From Candidatus Methylomirabilia bacterium (GTDB taxonomy: Bacteria; Methylomirabilota; Methylomirabilia; Rokubacteriales; CSP1-6), in NCBI GenBank assembly GCA_041492755.1, contig JBGPXN010000009.1, positions 1-53,462 on the forward strand: a stretch of DNA of 53,462 bases, given 5' to 3'. Each line of letters opens with the position of its first letter. The first letter of the stretch is position 1. The position numbers were made by a program, and so were the translations under genes. The notes under the pieces are model-generated. The model had not been told where the DNA came from, did no database searches, and saw only the letters and a list, made by a program, of their open reading frames with translations. Positions 1 to 9,540 of this stretch are shown one piece after another.

Positions 1-160
1 AGCGCAGCCCGAACACGCCGAGGTTCCAGACGGCCAGGGCCGCGGCCAGATAGGCGAACACGTAGTTCCGGTGGCTCTTGCGATCCGGCGCCAGCGCGCT
101 CCCCAGGAGCACCAGGTTCAGGCCGAGCGCGAAAAGGGGAATGAGCTTATGGAGCGACAT
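1..160 (-). CDS. N-terminus of a membrane protein, probably a HisKA_7TM-type sensor kinase (runs off the left edge; not in ORF track)
   Basis: ATG at 160 overlaps the upstream stop (147-149). Reads MSLHKLIPLFALGLNLVLLGSALAPDRKSHRNYVFAYLAAALAVWNLGVFGLR: two hydrophobic helices with the N..F...W pattern typical of HisKA_7TM N-termini. Confidence 0.65.
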   Translation of the reverse strand, partial: MSLHKLIPLFALGLNLVLLGSALAPDRKSHRNYVFAYLAAALAVWNLGVFGLR

Positions 161-1106
161 CTGCCGGCTCCCAGAAGCCCATGTGCGGGAACTGCTCCTT
201 GCCACGCTGCTCGCGCATCTCGTCGCCCAGGATGGAGAACACGTTGATGTCCCACCGCTCGCCGTTGTAGACGCGGGCCTGCCGCAGCACGCCGTCGAGA
301 TGGAAGCCGCCGCGCTTGAGCGAATTGCTGCTCAGCACGTTGTAGCCGTACACCTTGGCTTCGACCCGTTGCAGCCCGAGCACGTCGCAGCCGAAGGCGA
401 GGAACAACCGCGTGGCGTCCACGCCCCAGCCGCGGCGGATGAAGTGAAGATCGGCGAGCGCGGTTTCGAGGAACGCGAACTGCTGGGCAAGGTGGACCTC
501 GTACAGCCGCACGAACCCGACCGGCGGATGCGGCGGGTCGAGTGGCTCCACCACGAGCGTGACCGACACGGGATCGCCGAGTACGAACGCGGCGAAGTCG
601 GGATGGTACGGCCCGAGGTGCCGGCACCGGTACAGCAGCTCGCTGCCGACCATCTGGTCCAGGAGCGGCTCGCCGGCCCACCGCGCGAATAGCCCCAGCT
701 CCTCCCAGGTCGGCTGGCGAAGGCCGAGGCGCCGGGTGCGGGCGACGTAGGCCGGCGCGCTCGATCGCTCGGGAGGCGCCGCCGCAAAGCCGGGCTCGAG
801 CGGAGCATCGGCGAGGAGGGGGATCTCTCCGAGCAGTTCCGCCTCGAGCAGGGCCCGGTAGACCACTGGACTGGGCAGCACGGACAAGCGAGCGTCACGG
901 CGTTCGGCGTGGCCAACCGCCTCGAGGATGGCAGCGAGGCCGACCACGTCGACGATTTTGACGGACTCGAGGTTGACGGTCAGGTTGGAGGCGCCGGCGG
1001 CGAGGTGGGCCAGGACGGCGCGACAGAACGACGGGGCGCTCGCCAGGGTGAGTTCACCGCTGACGGGTATGACTGCGGCGGCTTGTCCGCGTCTGTCCGA
1101 ACGCAT
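147..1106 (-). CDS. STAS (anti-sigma antagonist-like) domain fused to a RimJ/RimL-type GNAT acetyltransferase
   Basis: N-term VSGELTLASAPSF...VNLESVKIVDVVGLAAIL is STAS-like; C-term RRGWGVDA...GLQRVEAKVYGYNVLS...GFHLDGVLR is Acetyltransf_3-like. Start moved to ATG 1106 because the track start (1187) lies in a sigma54 promoter. Confidence 0.8.
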   Translation of the reverse strand: MRSDRRGQAAAVIPVSGELTLASAPSFCRAVLAHLAAGASNLTVNLESVKIVDVVGLAAILEAVGHAERRDARLSVLPSPVVYRALLEAELLGEIPLLADAPLEPGFAAAPPERSSAPAYVARTRRLGLRQPTWEELGLFARWAGEPLLDQMVGSELLYRCRHLGPYHPDFAAFVLGDPVSVTLVVEPLDPPHPPVGFVRLYEVHLAQQFAFLETALADLHFIRRGWGVDATRLFLAFGCDVLGLQRVEAKVYGYNVLSSNSLKRGGFHLDGVLRQARVYNGERWDINVFSILGDEMREQRGKEQFPHMGFWEPADVAP

Positions 1107-1170
1107 TACTGCCCCCAAAGCCCTGAGTCCTCGGGGCGCGCCGTGACCGTCCCCGGGCATGTGCGGGGGA

Positions 1171-1186
1171 GGCAGGTTTAGTGCCA
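1171..1186 (-). promoter_or_regulatory. sigma54 (-24/-12) promoter
   Basis: TGGCACTAAACCTGCC on the minus strand has exact GG-N10-GC spacing, upstream of the STAS-GNAT gene. Confidence 0.65.
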
Positions 1187-1814
1187 CAGGCGCGGGCTCG
1201 TGAAAACAATGCTTTGGAGGAGTGCTTGTCAGGGCCGTAACGAGGAAGGTGACGTGATGTCACATCAACATGCCCAAAAGCGTCGGCGTCAGCCGAGAGT
1301 GATCCGGGCTCCGTGGGCCAGGTCCGGGTCCAACGGGTGTGTTCGCCCGCTACCCCGTAGATGGAGTGAAAACAAGCGCGCTGCCGAGCCCGAACTGCCA
1401 ATGCCGCTGGCGGAAGATCCCCTCTTCTCGTCGCGTGTGGACAACGCGCGAGCGGCGTTCCGCGATGCTCGCGACGGTCACGCAGGTAGGATTCAAGCAA
1501 CGCGGGTGCCAGCGAGACTCAGCGAGCCGGGGAGCCCGAGCGACCCCGCGCGCTTCGCCCACGAGCGCAAGGAACCAGCCGTGCTGCTCCACGACCCCGG
1601 GCGGGCGCCATCGCCGTCCGGCGCTATCAGTGGCGACTCGCGTCACGGAGCTGACCATGGCCGTCAGGCCCTGACGAGTTTTGGTGGGGGGCCCGCGGCC
1701 GTGATCCCCAAGTCCGCGGAAACTCACATGGCCGGATTGGTATCCGGGTTGCGTGACACGTCAGGTCGTTGCCAGTGACTACGGCGCGACGCCGCCGGGA
1801 ACAGGAGTAGCGGC

Positions 1815-2297
1815 ATGGCCGGGATCAGTCCCTCGACCATCGCTGGTTGTCGGTCGGGCTCGGGAGGCGATGGGTTACGCACCGCCGGGTCGTTTGCCGC
1901 GCTCGGCGATGGCGATGCGGCACGCCAGGCGCGTGGACGTCGTGACCGGGCGATGAATCGTTGCCTGACCGTGATCCCGGTGGCCAGGGTCACCCTCGAG
2001 GCGCCGGTGCAACCCAGGGAGCCGACGGCACGGCAGTGGGGTCTGGCCGTCACCGCGGCTGGTGACGCCGCGCGGCGAGGCGGCGAGAATCCCGAGGCGG
2101 TGTCGTTGGTGGTCGCGGTCGACGCCAAGATTCGCGATGCCGCCGGCATTGAGCTCACACTCGATAGCATCGCGGTCGGCGACGTCATCGAGTGGGTCGC
2201 CGAGTCGCACGGCGAGCTCTGGATCGCTCATCAGCTCTGCGTCACGCCCGGCCCGCTCTCCGATGGAGACGCCCCCGAGCCCCCCGCGCCACGCTGA
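1815..2297 (+). CDS. hypothetical protein with a beta-rich C-terminal part (DUF5666/OB-like)
   Basis: AGGAG RBS before ATG 1815 (alternative start 1953). C-term VAVDAKIRDAAGIELTLDSIAVGDVIEWV resembles DUF5666-type barrels. Confidence 0.45.
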   Translation: MAGISPSTIAGCRSGSGGDGLRTAGSFAALGDGDAARQARGRRDRAMNRCLTVIPVARVTLEAPVQPREPTARQWGLAVTAAGDAARRGGENPEAVSLVVAVDAKIRDAAGIELTLDSIAVGDVIEWVAESHGELWIAHQLCVTPGPLSDGDAPEPPAPR

Positions 2298-2471
2298 GAC
2301 GCGGAAGCGTCAGTCGTCGCCGCCGTCGGCGCGTCGTTCGGACTCGCCAGCCAGTCCGTCTCCACCCACGCGATGGCCCCTTCCACCGCGCGGGTGGGCG
2401 CGCGCGGTTTCACCGGCCTCCAGCGCGATGAGGGCCTCGCACAGCAAGTTGTTCAGCTCGAAGTGCTTCAA
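2231..2471 (-). pseudogene. small helical hypothetical protein with a 1-nt frameshift near 2392
   Basis: LKHFELNNLLCEALIALEAGETARAH continues as RAVEGAIAWVETDWLA if one C is removed. Lies directly after the PaaA-like gene. Confidence 0.3.
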
Positions 2472-2476
2472 GCGCG

Positions 2477-3307
2477 CTAGAGGAAGCGCCGGTTCTTGCG
2501 CTCGTCGGGAATGTCCAGACCCAGCATCCTGAGCTTGCCGTCGACGTACTGCTTGTACAGCGCGCGAATCTCGGCGTTGCCGACGCTCTTGAGTCCCCAC
2601 TGGATGAACTTCGGCACGTTGGAGGACTCCGACCGCCCGAACATGTCGAGCGCGGCCGGGTACCATTTCTCCAGCAGCCGCTGGGCGAGCGCGCGGCCCC
2701 GCGCGTCCTGGCAGATCTCGGTCAGGAAGTAGAAGCCCATCTCGGAGTGGCCAAGCTCGTCGCGCTCGACGGTGGCGGACATCTTGGCCAGCGGCCGGTA
2801 GCTCGACTCCCGCCAGTCGCGGGCGTGAAAGGCGCCGTTGAGATCCACGAAGAAGTGGAAGAAGGCGTCGTCGGCCCAGCTCTCGCGGGGCAGGTGAAAC
2901 GCGTAGTGCGCGTACGGCACGTCGCGCAGCGCGAAGTCGCGGTCGAGACCGACGGCGACGCGATGAAACATGATCGCGTGCTTCAGCTCCTCGGCCAGGT
3001 ATTCGGCCTTGAGCAGCCGGGTCTCGAGGCTGGGAAAGAGCGCCTCGGCGAGGTCGAGGCAGGTGCCCATGAAGCCGAGGAAGCTCTTGTTGCCGGCGCG
3101 CTCGCCCTCGTGCCGCAGCATCTTCATGAGCAGCGCCTTGTACTCCTCCGGGAGCGGCTCGTCCTCGTCGAATCGATAGGTCGGCCGGCTCACCGCGCAC
3201 ACGATCTTCGGCAGCGGGTCGCCCTGGGCGTAGGCGCGGCGCCAGAACGGCCAGAGGTCCGTGCGCCCGCGCTCCTCGGCGTCGCGAATGACGTCCATCT
3301 CGCTCAT
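2477..3307 (-). CDS. ferritin-like di-iron protein, PaaA/PaaC-BoxB (aryl-CoA epoxidase) family
   Basis: Two ExxH motifs (AEELKH, RDELGH), FFVDLNG, SSYRPLA, KWYPAALDMFGRSES. Confidence 0.8.
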   Translation of the reverse strand: MSEMDVIRDAEERGRTDLWPFWRRAYAQGDPLPKIVCAVSRPTYRFDEDEPLPEEYKALLMKMLRHEGERAGNKSFLGFMGTCLDLAEALFPSLETRLLKAEYLAEELKHAIMFHRVAVGLDRDFALRDVPYAHYAFHLPRESWADDAFFHFFVDLNGAFHARDWRESSYRPLAKMSATVERDELGHSEMGFYFLTEICQDARGRALAQRLLEKWYPAALDMFGRSESSNVPKFIQWGLKSVGNAEIRALYKQYVDGKLRMLGLDIPDERKNRRFL

Positions 3308-3323
3308 CGCGTTCCCCTCCCGC

Positions 3324-3635
3324 TCAGCTGGTGGCGGTGTCGGACGTCACGCCGTGGCGCGTCTGGCTCTCACGCCAGCGCCCGGGGTCGAGCTCCCGCG
3401 CGCGCTCGCGCTGGTGACCGCAGGGGCAGCCGAGGAGGCCGGTGGCGTAGAGATCGAACTGGCCGTCGACCAGCGCTGCCGCCATGTCGGGCAGCAGCCG
3501 GTCGCCGACGTTGCCGACCATGCGGCCGCAGCCGGCGCACAGCAGGCGGTAGTACGTCCCGTAGGTGGCCGGCTGGCCGAGCGTGATGCCCACCCGCGCG
3601 TAGGCGGTGCGGATCTCGTCCACGATCGTGCTCAT
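3324..3635 (-). CDS. small Cys-rich, probably metal-binding hypothetical protein
   Basis: 103 aa with CAGC and GCPCGH. Its ATG overlaps the upstream stop (ATGA), and an RBS for the next gene follows. Confidence 0.7.
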   Translation of the reverse strand: MSTIVDEIRTAYARVGITLGQPATYGTYYRLLCAGCGRMVGNVGDRLLPDMAAALVDGQFDLYATGLLGCPCGHQRERARELDPGRWRESQTRHGVTSDTATS

Positions 3636-3921
3636 GACGCTCGCGTCCTTTCCCGCTCCACGACCTGTCGCATCTCGTCGCGGAGATCCTTCTTCGAGAT
3701 CTTACCGACCGCGGTCATCGGGAATCGCTCGCGAAGCTCCAGGCGCTCCGGGAGCTTGAACTTGGCGATCCGCCCCTCTTCGAGCAAGGAACCGCGTCAG
3801 CTCGGCGAGCGTGAGGGTCGCCCCCGGTCGGGGAATGACGCACGCACAGGCGCGCTCGCCGAAGACGGGGTCCGGCATCGCCACCACCGCGACGTTCAGC
3901 ACCGCCGGGTGGGCGAGGATG
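3632..3921 (-). pseudogene. C-terminal remnant of an aryl/acyl-CoA ligase (AMP-binding_C), 5'-truncated and frameshifted near 3787
   Basis: Reads [28 protein letters not shown]...TRFL / [16 protein letters not shown]...[13 protein letters not shown]; no N-terminal adenylation domain. Confidence 0.8.
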
Positions 3922-4027
3922 AATCGTGCTCATCGGAGCTCTAGAATACCGCCCGCGGTTTGTGCAAATCCACCGGCCCGTGTACCATCGGGCGCCGAAA
4001 AGCCCCGGCGCCGACAAAGGAGCGGAC

Positions 4028-5401
4028 ATGGCGCAAGACCTCCGCAGTCACCTCGACACCGTCAAGCGCAAGCGGCCCGACGAGCTCGTCATCGTCTCGC
4101 GCGAGATCGATCCCGAGTACGAGATCACCGCGCTCGTGGTGAAGCTCGAAGCGGAGGCCAAGCGGCGGCCGGTGTTGATCTTCGAGAAGGTGAAGGGCAC
4201 CTCGTGGCCGATCATCACCAACGTGCACGCCAGCCGCGCGCGCCTGGCCATGGCCATGAGCTGCGAGCCCGCCGAGATGCTGCGCACGTATCTGCGTGCG
4301 ATGGAACGGCCGGTGCCGCCGGTGATGGTGCCGACCGGGCCGGTGAAAGAGGTCGTTCGCCGCGGCGCCGAGGTCAACCTCTATGACCTTCCGCAGATCC
4401 TGCACCACGAGGGTGACGGCGGCGCGTACCTGACGGCGGCGATCTCGTTCGCGAAGGACCCGACCAGCGACGTCTGGAATTGCGCGTACAACCGGCTGAT
4501 GATCCAGGGCCGCGACACGACGTCGATCCACCTGACGCTCGGCAAGCACCTCTGGGAATACCACCGCCTCGCCGAGGAGCGCGGCCAGCCCTTGCCGGTC
4601 GCGTTCGCCATCGGCGTGCATCCGGCCATCGCGCTCGGCGCGCTGGCCATCGGCTCGGTGGACGAGGACGAGCGCGGCATCATGGGCGGACTGCTGGGTG
4701 AGCCGCTCGAGCTGGTGAAGGCCGAGACGTCGGACGTGCTCGTGCCCGCCCACGCCGAGCTGGTGATCGAAGGCGAGATCCTGCCGTACGAGCGCACGCC
4801 CGAAGGTCCGTTCGGCGAGTTCACCGGCTACAGCCTGGGTCAGCGGCAGCGCGAAGTGCTGAAGGTGAAGGCGGTGACCCATCGCCGCGGCGCCATGTTC
4901 CAGGACATCTCGGTCGCCCATCTCGACCACATGCTGCTGTCCACGATCCCGATCGAGGCGAACCTCTACCGCGCCGTGCGCGCCATGGTGCCCTCGGTGA
5001 AGGCGGTGCGGGTGCCGGCGCCGTTCACGTGCTTCGTGTCGATCGAGCAGCGGATCCCCGGACAGGCGAAGAACGCGATGCTCGCCGTGCTCGGCGCCGA
5101 CCTCTACATGAAGCGCGTGGTGGTCGTCGACCACGACGTCGACGTCTTCGACGATCGCCAGGTGAACTGGGCCATCGCCACCCGGTGCCAGCCCGACCGC
5201 GACATCACGATCGTCACCAACGCCCGCGGCTCGGACCTTGATCCGTCCACCAAGGAGGATGGCTACTCGGCGAAGTGGGGTGTGGACGCCACCGCCAAGC
5301 CGTCCGTCGCCGCGTACACGCCGCGCCACCGCGTCCCGCCCGAGGTCAGGCGCCGCTTGAAGCTCGAAGATTTCGTGGGGCGTCTCGATACGACCCGTTG
5401 A
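4028..5401 (+). CDS. UbiD family (prenylated-FMN) decarboxylase
   Basis: AAGGAG RBS; EGPFGEFTGY motif; VVVVDHDVDVFD...WAIATR; GSDLDPS. Confidence 0.92.
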   Translation: MAQDLRSHLDTVKRKRPDELVIVSREIDPEYEITALVVKLEAEAKRRPVLIFEKVKGTSWPIITNVHASRARLAMAMSCEPAEMLRTYLRAMERPVPPVMVPTGPVKEVVRRGAEVNLYDLPQILHHEGDGGAYLTAAISFAKDPTSDVWNCAYNRLMIQGRDTTSIHLTLGKHLWEYHRLAEERGQPLPVAFAIGVHPAIALGALAIGSVDEDERGIMGGLLGEPLELVKAETSDVLVPAHAELVIEGEILPYERTPEGPFGEFTGYSLGQRQREVLKVKAVTHRRGAMFQDISVAHLDHMLLSTIPIEANLYRAVRAMVPSVKAVRVPAPFTCFVSIEQRIPGQAKNAMLAVLGADLYMKRVVVVDHDVDVFDDRQVNWAIATRCQPDRDITIVTNARGSDLDPSTKEDGYSAKWGVDATAKPSVAAYTPRHRVPPEVRRRLKLEDFVGRLDTTR

Positions 5402-6679
5402 TTACGAGGGGCGCCACGGCTTCGCCGGGGCGTCCCGAGCGACCTGGGGGGTATGGGGGGCCATTTCGGGGCCCCCCATGACAACAGGGAGCATGGCGGT
5501 GTCGATGCCGAGGGCGCTCTTGCCGATCGTCTCGACCATGCGGTCGGCGGTCGGGGTCATCAGCGTGCAGGTGCGCACGTCACGGAACGCGCGCTCGACG
5601 GGATAGTCGCGGGACGACCCGCGTCCACCGACCAGCTGCACCGCCTTCTCCGTGACGTGCAGCGCCGCCTCGGTGGCGATGTACTTGGCCTTGCTCGCGA
5701 GCACGCCCCGCGCGGCCGGGTCGGCGGTGTCCCACCGGCGGCCGGCGTCCTCGAACACGCGGCGCGCCGCCTCGAGGCGGATCACGAGCTCACCCACGTG
5801 GCGCTGCACCGCCGACTCGTGGGCGATCGGCGTTGGCGCCGGCCGGTACGTCCGGGTCTTGCAGTACTCGATGGCGAAGTCGAGCGCGCCCTGCGCGATG
5901 CCCACGTAGATCGCCGCGTACCCGAGCGCGAACGCCTCGGCCACGCCGATGCGGAGCGCATCGCCGGGCGCGCCGAGCAGCGCGTCGGGTCCCACGCGAC
6001 AGCCGGTCAGCGTCACCGTGGGACTGTACGTCGCGCGCATCCCGAGTGTGTCCCAGCGGTCGTCGATCGCGATGCCGGGCGTCGTCGCGGGGGCGAGGGC
6101 GAGCGACAGCGAGCGGGTGACGTCGCCCCCGCCCTCGAGCGCGCACCAGACCATGTAGTAGCCGGCCCCACCGGCCATGGTGCAGAAGTGCTTGATGCCG
6201 TCGATGACCCATCCGCCGTCGCCGGGGCGAAGACTGGTCTCCACGAGGAACGTCCGCGACTGGCTCACCGCCGGCTCGCTCCCCCAGCTACCGAACAGCG
6301 TGCCGCGCTGGACGACCTCCGCGAAGTACCGCCGCTGCTGCTCGGCGGTGCCGAGGGCGGCAATGAAACGCATCACCGTGGAGTGCATCTGCAGCGTCAT
6401 CGCGGTGCTGGCGCACCCGCCGGCGATGGCGCCGATGACGGCAAGATACGTCGGCATGTCGCTGTCCATCCCGCCGTAGGCCTTCGGGACCGCGAGGCCG
6501 AGAAAGCCTTCCTTCCACAGGTCGCGCCAGCTCTCGGTCGGGTTCTTGCCCTCGCGGTCGTAGTAGGCCGCACGCGGCGCGATCTTCTCACGCGTGAGGC
6601 GGGCCGCTCGCTCTACCGTCTGCGTATCGATGACGTGGTCCTCCTGCTCGACGGGCACTCCGCAGCGACGGGCATTCAT
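5402..6679 (-). CDS. acyl-CoA dehydrogenase family protein
   Basis: GGCASTAMTLQMH, WVIDGIKHFCT, WDTLGMRAT, AVQLVGGRG, ERAFRD. The last ~24 codons come from a repeat element; start uncertain. Confidence 0.9.
   Translation of the reverse strand: MNARRCGVPVEQEDHVIDTQTVERAARLTREKIAPRAAYYDREGKNPTESWRDLWKEGFLGLAVPKAYGGMDSDMPTYLAVIGAIAGGCASTAMTLQMHSTVMRFIAALGTAEQQRRYFAEVVQRGTLFGSWGSEPAVSQSRTFLVETSLRPGDGGWVIDGIKHFCTMAGGAGYYMVWCALEGGGDVTRSLSLALAPATTPGIAIDDRWDTLGMRATYSPTVTLTGCRVGPDALLGAPGDALRIGVAEAFALGYAAIYVGIAQGALDFAIEYCKTRTYRPAPTPIAHESAVQRHVGELVIRLEAARRVFEDAGRRWDTADPAARGVLASKAKYIATEAALHVTEKAVQLVGGRGSSRDYPVERAFRDVRTCTLMTPTADRMVETIGKSALGIDTAMLPVVMGGPEMAPHTPQVARDAPAKPWRPS
5405..5478 (-). repeat. palindromic REP-like repeat, copy 1
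   Basis: GGGGGGCCCCGAAATGGCCCCCC hairpin plus CGCCCCGGCGAAGCCGTGGCG hairpin; near-identical to 18898-18966. Confidence 0.75.
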
Positions 6680-6784
6680 ACCGATCGCCGCCGGCGCGTG
6701 TCAAGCGCGATGGCGACCTCGCGCCCGGGACCCCCCCCGGTTCACCCGGGGTCGCGCCCGACCCTGGAGTAGACTGGCGCGCTG

Positions 6785-8191
6785 ATGGCCGAGAACTACA
6801 TCGGGTTGCTCGACGCCACCGCGCGTCGCTTTCCGGACGCGACGGCGCTGCGGTGGGATCGCGGCCGGCTGGCCTACGGCGAGCTGTTGGACCAGGTGAG
6901 CGGCTGCGCCGCCGCGCTGCGCGCTCGCGGCATCGGTCCCGGCGACCGCGTGGCGTTCGGCATTCCAAACCGCGCGGACTTCGCGATCGCGCTCCTGGCC
7001 GTCGCCAAGCTTGGCGCCACCGCGGCCCCGCTCGATCCGCGGCTCACCGTCGACGAGCGCGCTGCCATCCTGACCGATCTGGCGCCGGTCTCCGTGCTCG
7101 ACGAGATCGCGGTCGGCAGCGAGCGGGAGCCGACGCGCCGGATGGTCGAGGCGCCCGCGCTCGTCCTCTACACGTCGGGCAGCACGGGACAGCCGAAAGG
7201 CGCGATCCACGGCCATCCGTCGGTCGCGTTCGCGATGCGCTCGTGGGCGGGCCCGATCATGGGGCTTGGACGCGAGGATCGCGTGCTGGCCGCATTGCCG
7301 CTGTCCCACGCCTTCGGCATCCAGGGCGCGCTCCTCGCGCCACTGGCCATCGGCGCCACCGTCGTGCTGCTGGAACGCTTCACCCCCGAGGGGGCGATCG
7401 CGGCGATCCTCGAGCACGCGGTGACGATCTTTCCCGGCGTCGCCACGATGTTCCAGCGCGTGCTCGCATCGCCTGCGCTGCCCGCGACCGGCTTTCCCAC
7501 CCTGAAGTTCGCGCTTTCGGGCGCGGCGCCGTGCCCCTGGGAGATCGCGTCGGCGTGGCGGGAGCGAATCGGCGTTCGCATCCTCCGCGGCTATGGCATG
7601 ACCGAGCTCTTCCGGCCGATCTCGTATCTCATCGCCGATCCCACCGACCTGCCGGACGCGGTCGGCCGCACGGCTCCGGGTGTGCGCGCGCAGGTCGTCG
7701 ACGACGATGGTCGCGTGCTGCCTCCCGGCGAGAGCGGCGAGCTGCTGATCCGGACGCCGAGCAGTATGGACGCGTACCGCAACGCGGAGGCGGAGACCCG
7801 CGCGGTGCTCGACGAGGGGTGGTTCCGCACCGGCGACCTCGCGACCATCACCGCGGAGGGCTGGGTCCGCATCGTCGGACGCAAGCGCGAGCGCATCCTG
7901 CGCGGCGGCTACTCGGTGTTCCCGGCGGAAGTCGAAGCCGTCCTGCTCGCTCACCCGGCGGTGGCCGAGGCGGCCGTGGTGGGCCGGCCCGACCCGGAGC
8001 TCGGCGAAGAAGTCTTCGCGGTCGTCGTGCTCCGCGAGGCGCCGGCGGCCACGCCCGACGTCCTGATCGCGTGGTGTCGCGAGCGCCTCGCCACGTACAA
8101 GTGCCCGCGCCAGATCCGCATCACCGACGCCCTGCCCAAGAGCGCCACCGGTAAGGTGCTCAAACGACTGCTCACGGAGACCACCGGCTGA
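6785..8191 (+). CDS. long-chain fatty acid/acyl-CoA ligase (AMP-binding)
   Basis: YTSGSTGQPKG, GYGMTE, WFRTGDL, PKSATGK. Confidence 0.92.
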   Translation: MAENYIGLLDATARRFPDATALRWDRGRLAYGELLDQVSGCAAALRARGIGPGDRVAFGIPNRADFAIALLAVAKLGATAAPLDPRLTVDERAAILTDLAPVSVLDEIAVGSEREPTRRMVEAPALVLYTSGSTGQPKGAIHGHPSVAFAMRSWAGPIMGLGREDRVLAALPLSHAFGIQGALLAPLAIGATVVLLERFTPEGAIAAILEHAVTIFPGVATMFQRVLASPALPATGFPTLKFALSGAAPCPWEIASAWRERIGVRILRGYGMTELFRPISYLIADPTDLPDAVGRTAPGVRAQVVDDDGRVLPPGESGELLIRTPSSMDAYRNAEAETRAVLDEGWFRTGDLATITAEGWVRIVGRKRERILRGGYSVFPAEVEAVLLAHPAVAEAAVVGRPDPELGEEVFAVVVLREAPAATPDVLIAWCRERLATYKCPRQIRITDALPKSATGKVLKRLLTETTG

Positions 8192-8260
8192 CCGTCCACC
8201 GCCCTCGCGCCTCGGTGGCGTCGCGCGTGCTTCGCGTTGGGAGGCGTCGGGGCCCGTCCG

Positions 8261-9496
8261 TCAGGCCGGGGCGATGTCGAAGCGCAGCCGCGCGTGCGCC
8301 TGGCGTAACGCGCTCTCGGCGTCGGCGGGCTCGGCGGCGCGTGTGAAGATGAAGCCGAGGTACTGCCAGCCTTCCGGCAGCGGCACGACGTCCTGGCCGA
8401 CGGGGATCGTGATGGCGACCTCGACCACGCCCGCCACCTGCTCGGCGACCTCGCGCCCGTGGACGGCCTGAAGGCGCCCGGCCCGTGGAATCGGGATCAT
8501 CATGACGCCGGCCGCGCGCGTCTCGCGCTGGAGCGAATCGATGGGCCAACGCAGCGCGTGGCGGAGCACGATCTCCTCGAGCGTCATCCCGGTGCCGAAG
8601 CGGAGCGTGCGTGAGCAGAGGCCGCCGATGGTGCGCGCGGCGACCTCGATGATCCAGGGGCCGTCGTCGTTCACGCGCAGCTCCGCGTGGACGGGACCGT
8701 CGGCGAGTCCGAGGGCCGCGCACGCGTCGCTCGTGACCTCCGCGATCCGTTGCTGCGTCGGGTCCGGCAACCGCGAGGGCGTCACGTAGATCGTTTCCTC
8801 GAAGAACGGTCCCTCCAGCGGGTCAGGTTTGTCGAACAGCGCCAGCACGTGCAGTCGACCGGCGACGAGCAGGCCCTCGAGCGCGACTTCGAGTCCGGGC
8901 ACATACTCCTCGGCCAGCACGTTCTCGGCCGCGTCCCCGCGGGCCGCGACGTCGTCGCGGCGGAGCAACGCGCTGATTCTCCGCACGGCGGCGATGAACT
9001 GGTCGGTGTTGTTCGCGCGGATCACGCCGCGGCTGGCCGACAGCCGGAGCGGCTTGACCACGCACGGAAACGCCACGCCGCGCGCGGCCATGAACGCATC
9101 GTCCTTCAAGGAGATGCGACGGAACCTCGGGACCGGCACCCCGGCCGCCTGCAGGCACTGACGCATCTGGTACTTGTCGCGCGCCGCCGTCGCGGCGGCG
9201 ACGCCGTTGCCGGGCAGACCCAGGCGCTCCGCGATCGCGGCGGCGGCCACCGTCGTCGCGTCGTCCACGCCGACCACCGCCGCGATCGGCCGCGTGCGGC
9301 TCCAGTCCGCAACCGTGGCCGCGGCGGCCTCGGGGTCGGCGAAGTCGAGCGTCAGCAGACCGTCGGGGGCGAGCGCCTCGAGGGTGCTGGGGCGCTCGGA
9401 GGCGCACACGAGGTCGACGCCGAGGCTACCGGCAGCCTCGACGAACGCCTCGGTGCGGTAAGTACGGGTGGGAAGGAGCAGGAGCAACCGGTCCAC
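8261..9496 (-). CDS. ATP-grasp ligase (L-amino acid ligase-like)
   Basis: ARDKYQMR, FPCVVKP...SASRGV, EEYVPG, GPFFEETIY, HAELR, IEVAARTIGG. Confidence 0.88.
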   Translation of the reverse strand: MDRLLLLLPTRTYRTEAFVEAAGSLGVDLVCASERPSTLEALAPDGLLTLDFADPEAAAATVADWSRTRPIAAVVGVDDATTVAAAAIAERLGLPGNGVAAATAARDKYQMRQCLQAAGVPVPRFRRISLKDDAFMAARGVAFPCVVKPLRLSASRGVIRANNTDQFIAAVRRISALLRRDDVAARGDAAENVLAEEYVPGLEVALEGLLVAGRLHVLALFDKPDPLEGPFFEETIYVTPSRLPDPTQQRIAEVTSDACAALGLADGPVHAELRVNDDGPWIIEVAARTIGGLCSRTLRFGTGMTLEEIVLRHALRWPIDSLQRETRAAGVMMIPIPRAGRLQAVHGREVAEQVAGVVEVAITIPVGQDVVPLPEGWQYLGFIFTRAAEPADAESALRQAHARLRFDIAPA

Positions 9497-9540
9497 GGGG
9501 ACGACCTACCGGCCGCTCGATGCGAGTGACCGCGCGCCGG

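Noticed and set aside
1200..1778. 192-aa ORF and overlapping ORFs
   Set aside because: No recognisable domain and atypical composition; could be regulatory DNA. Not supportable as a CDS.
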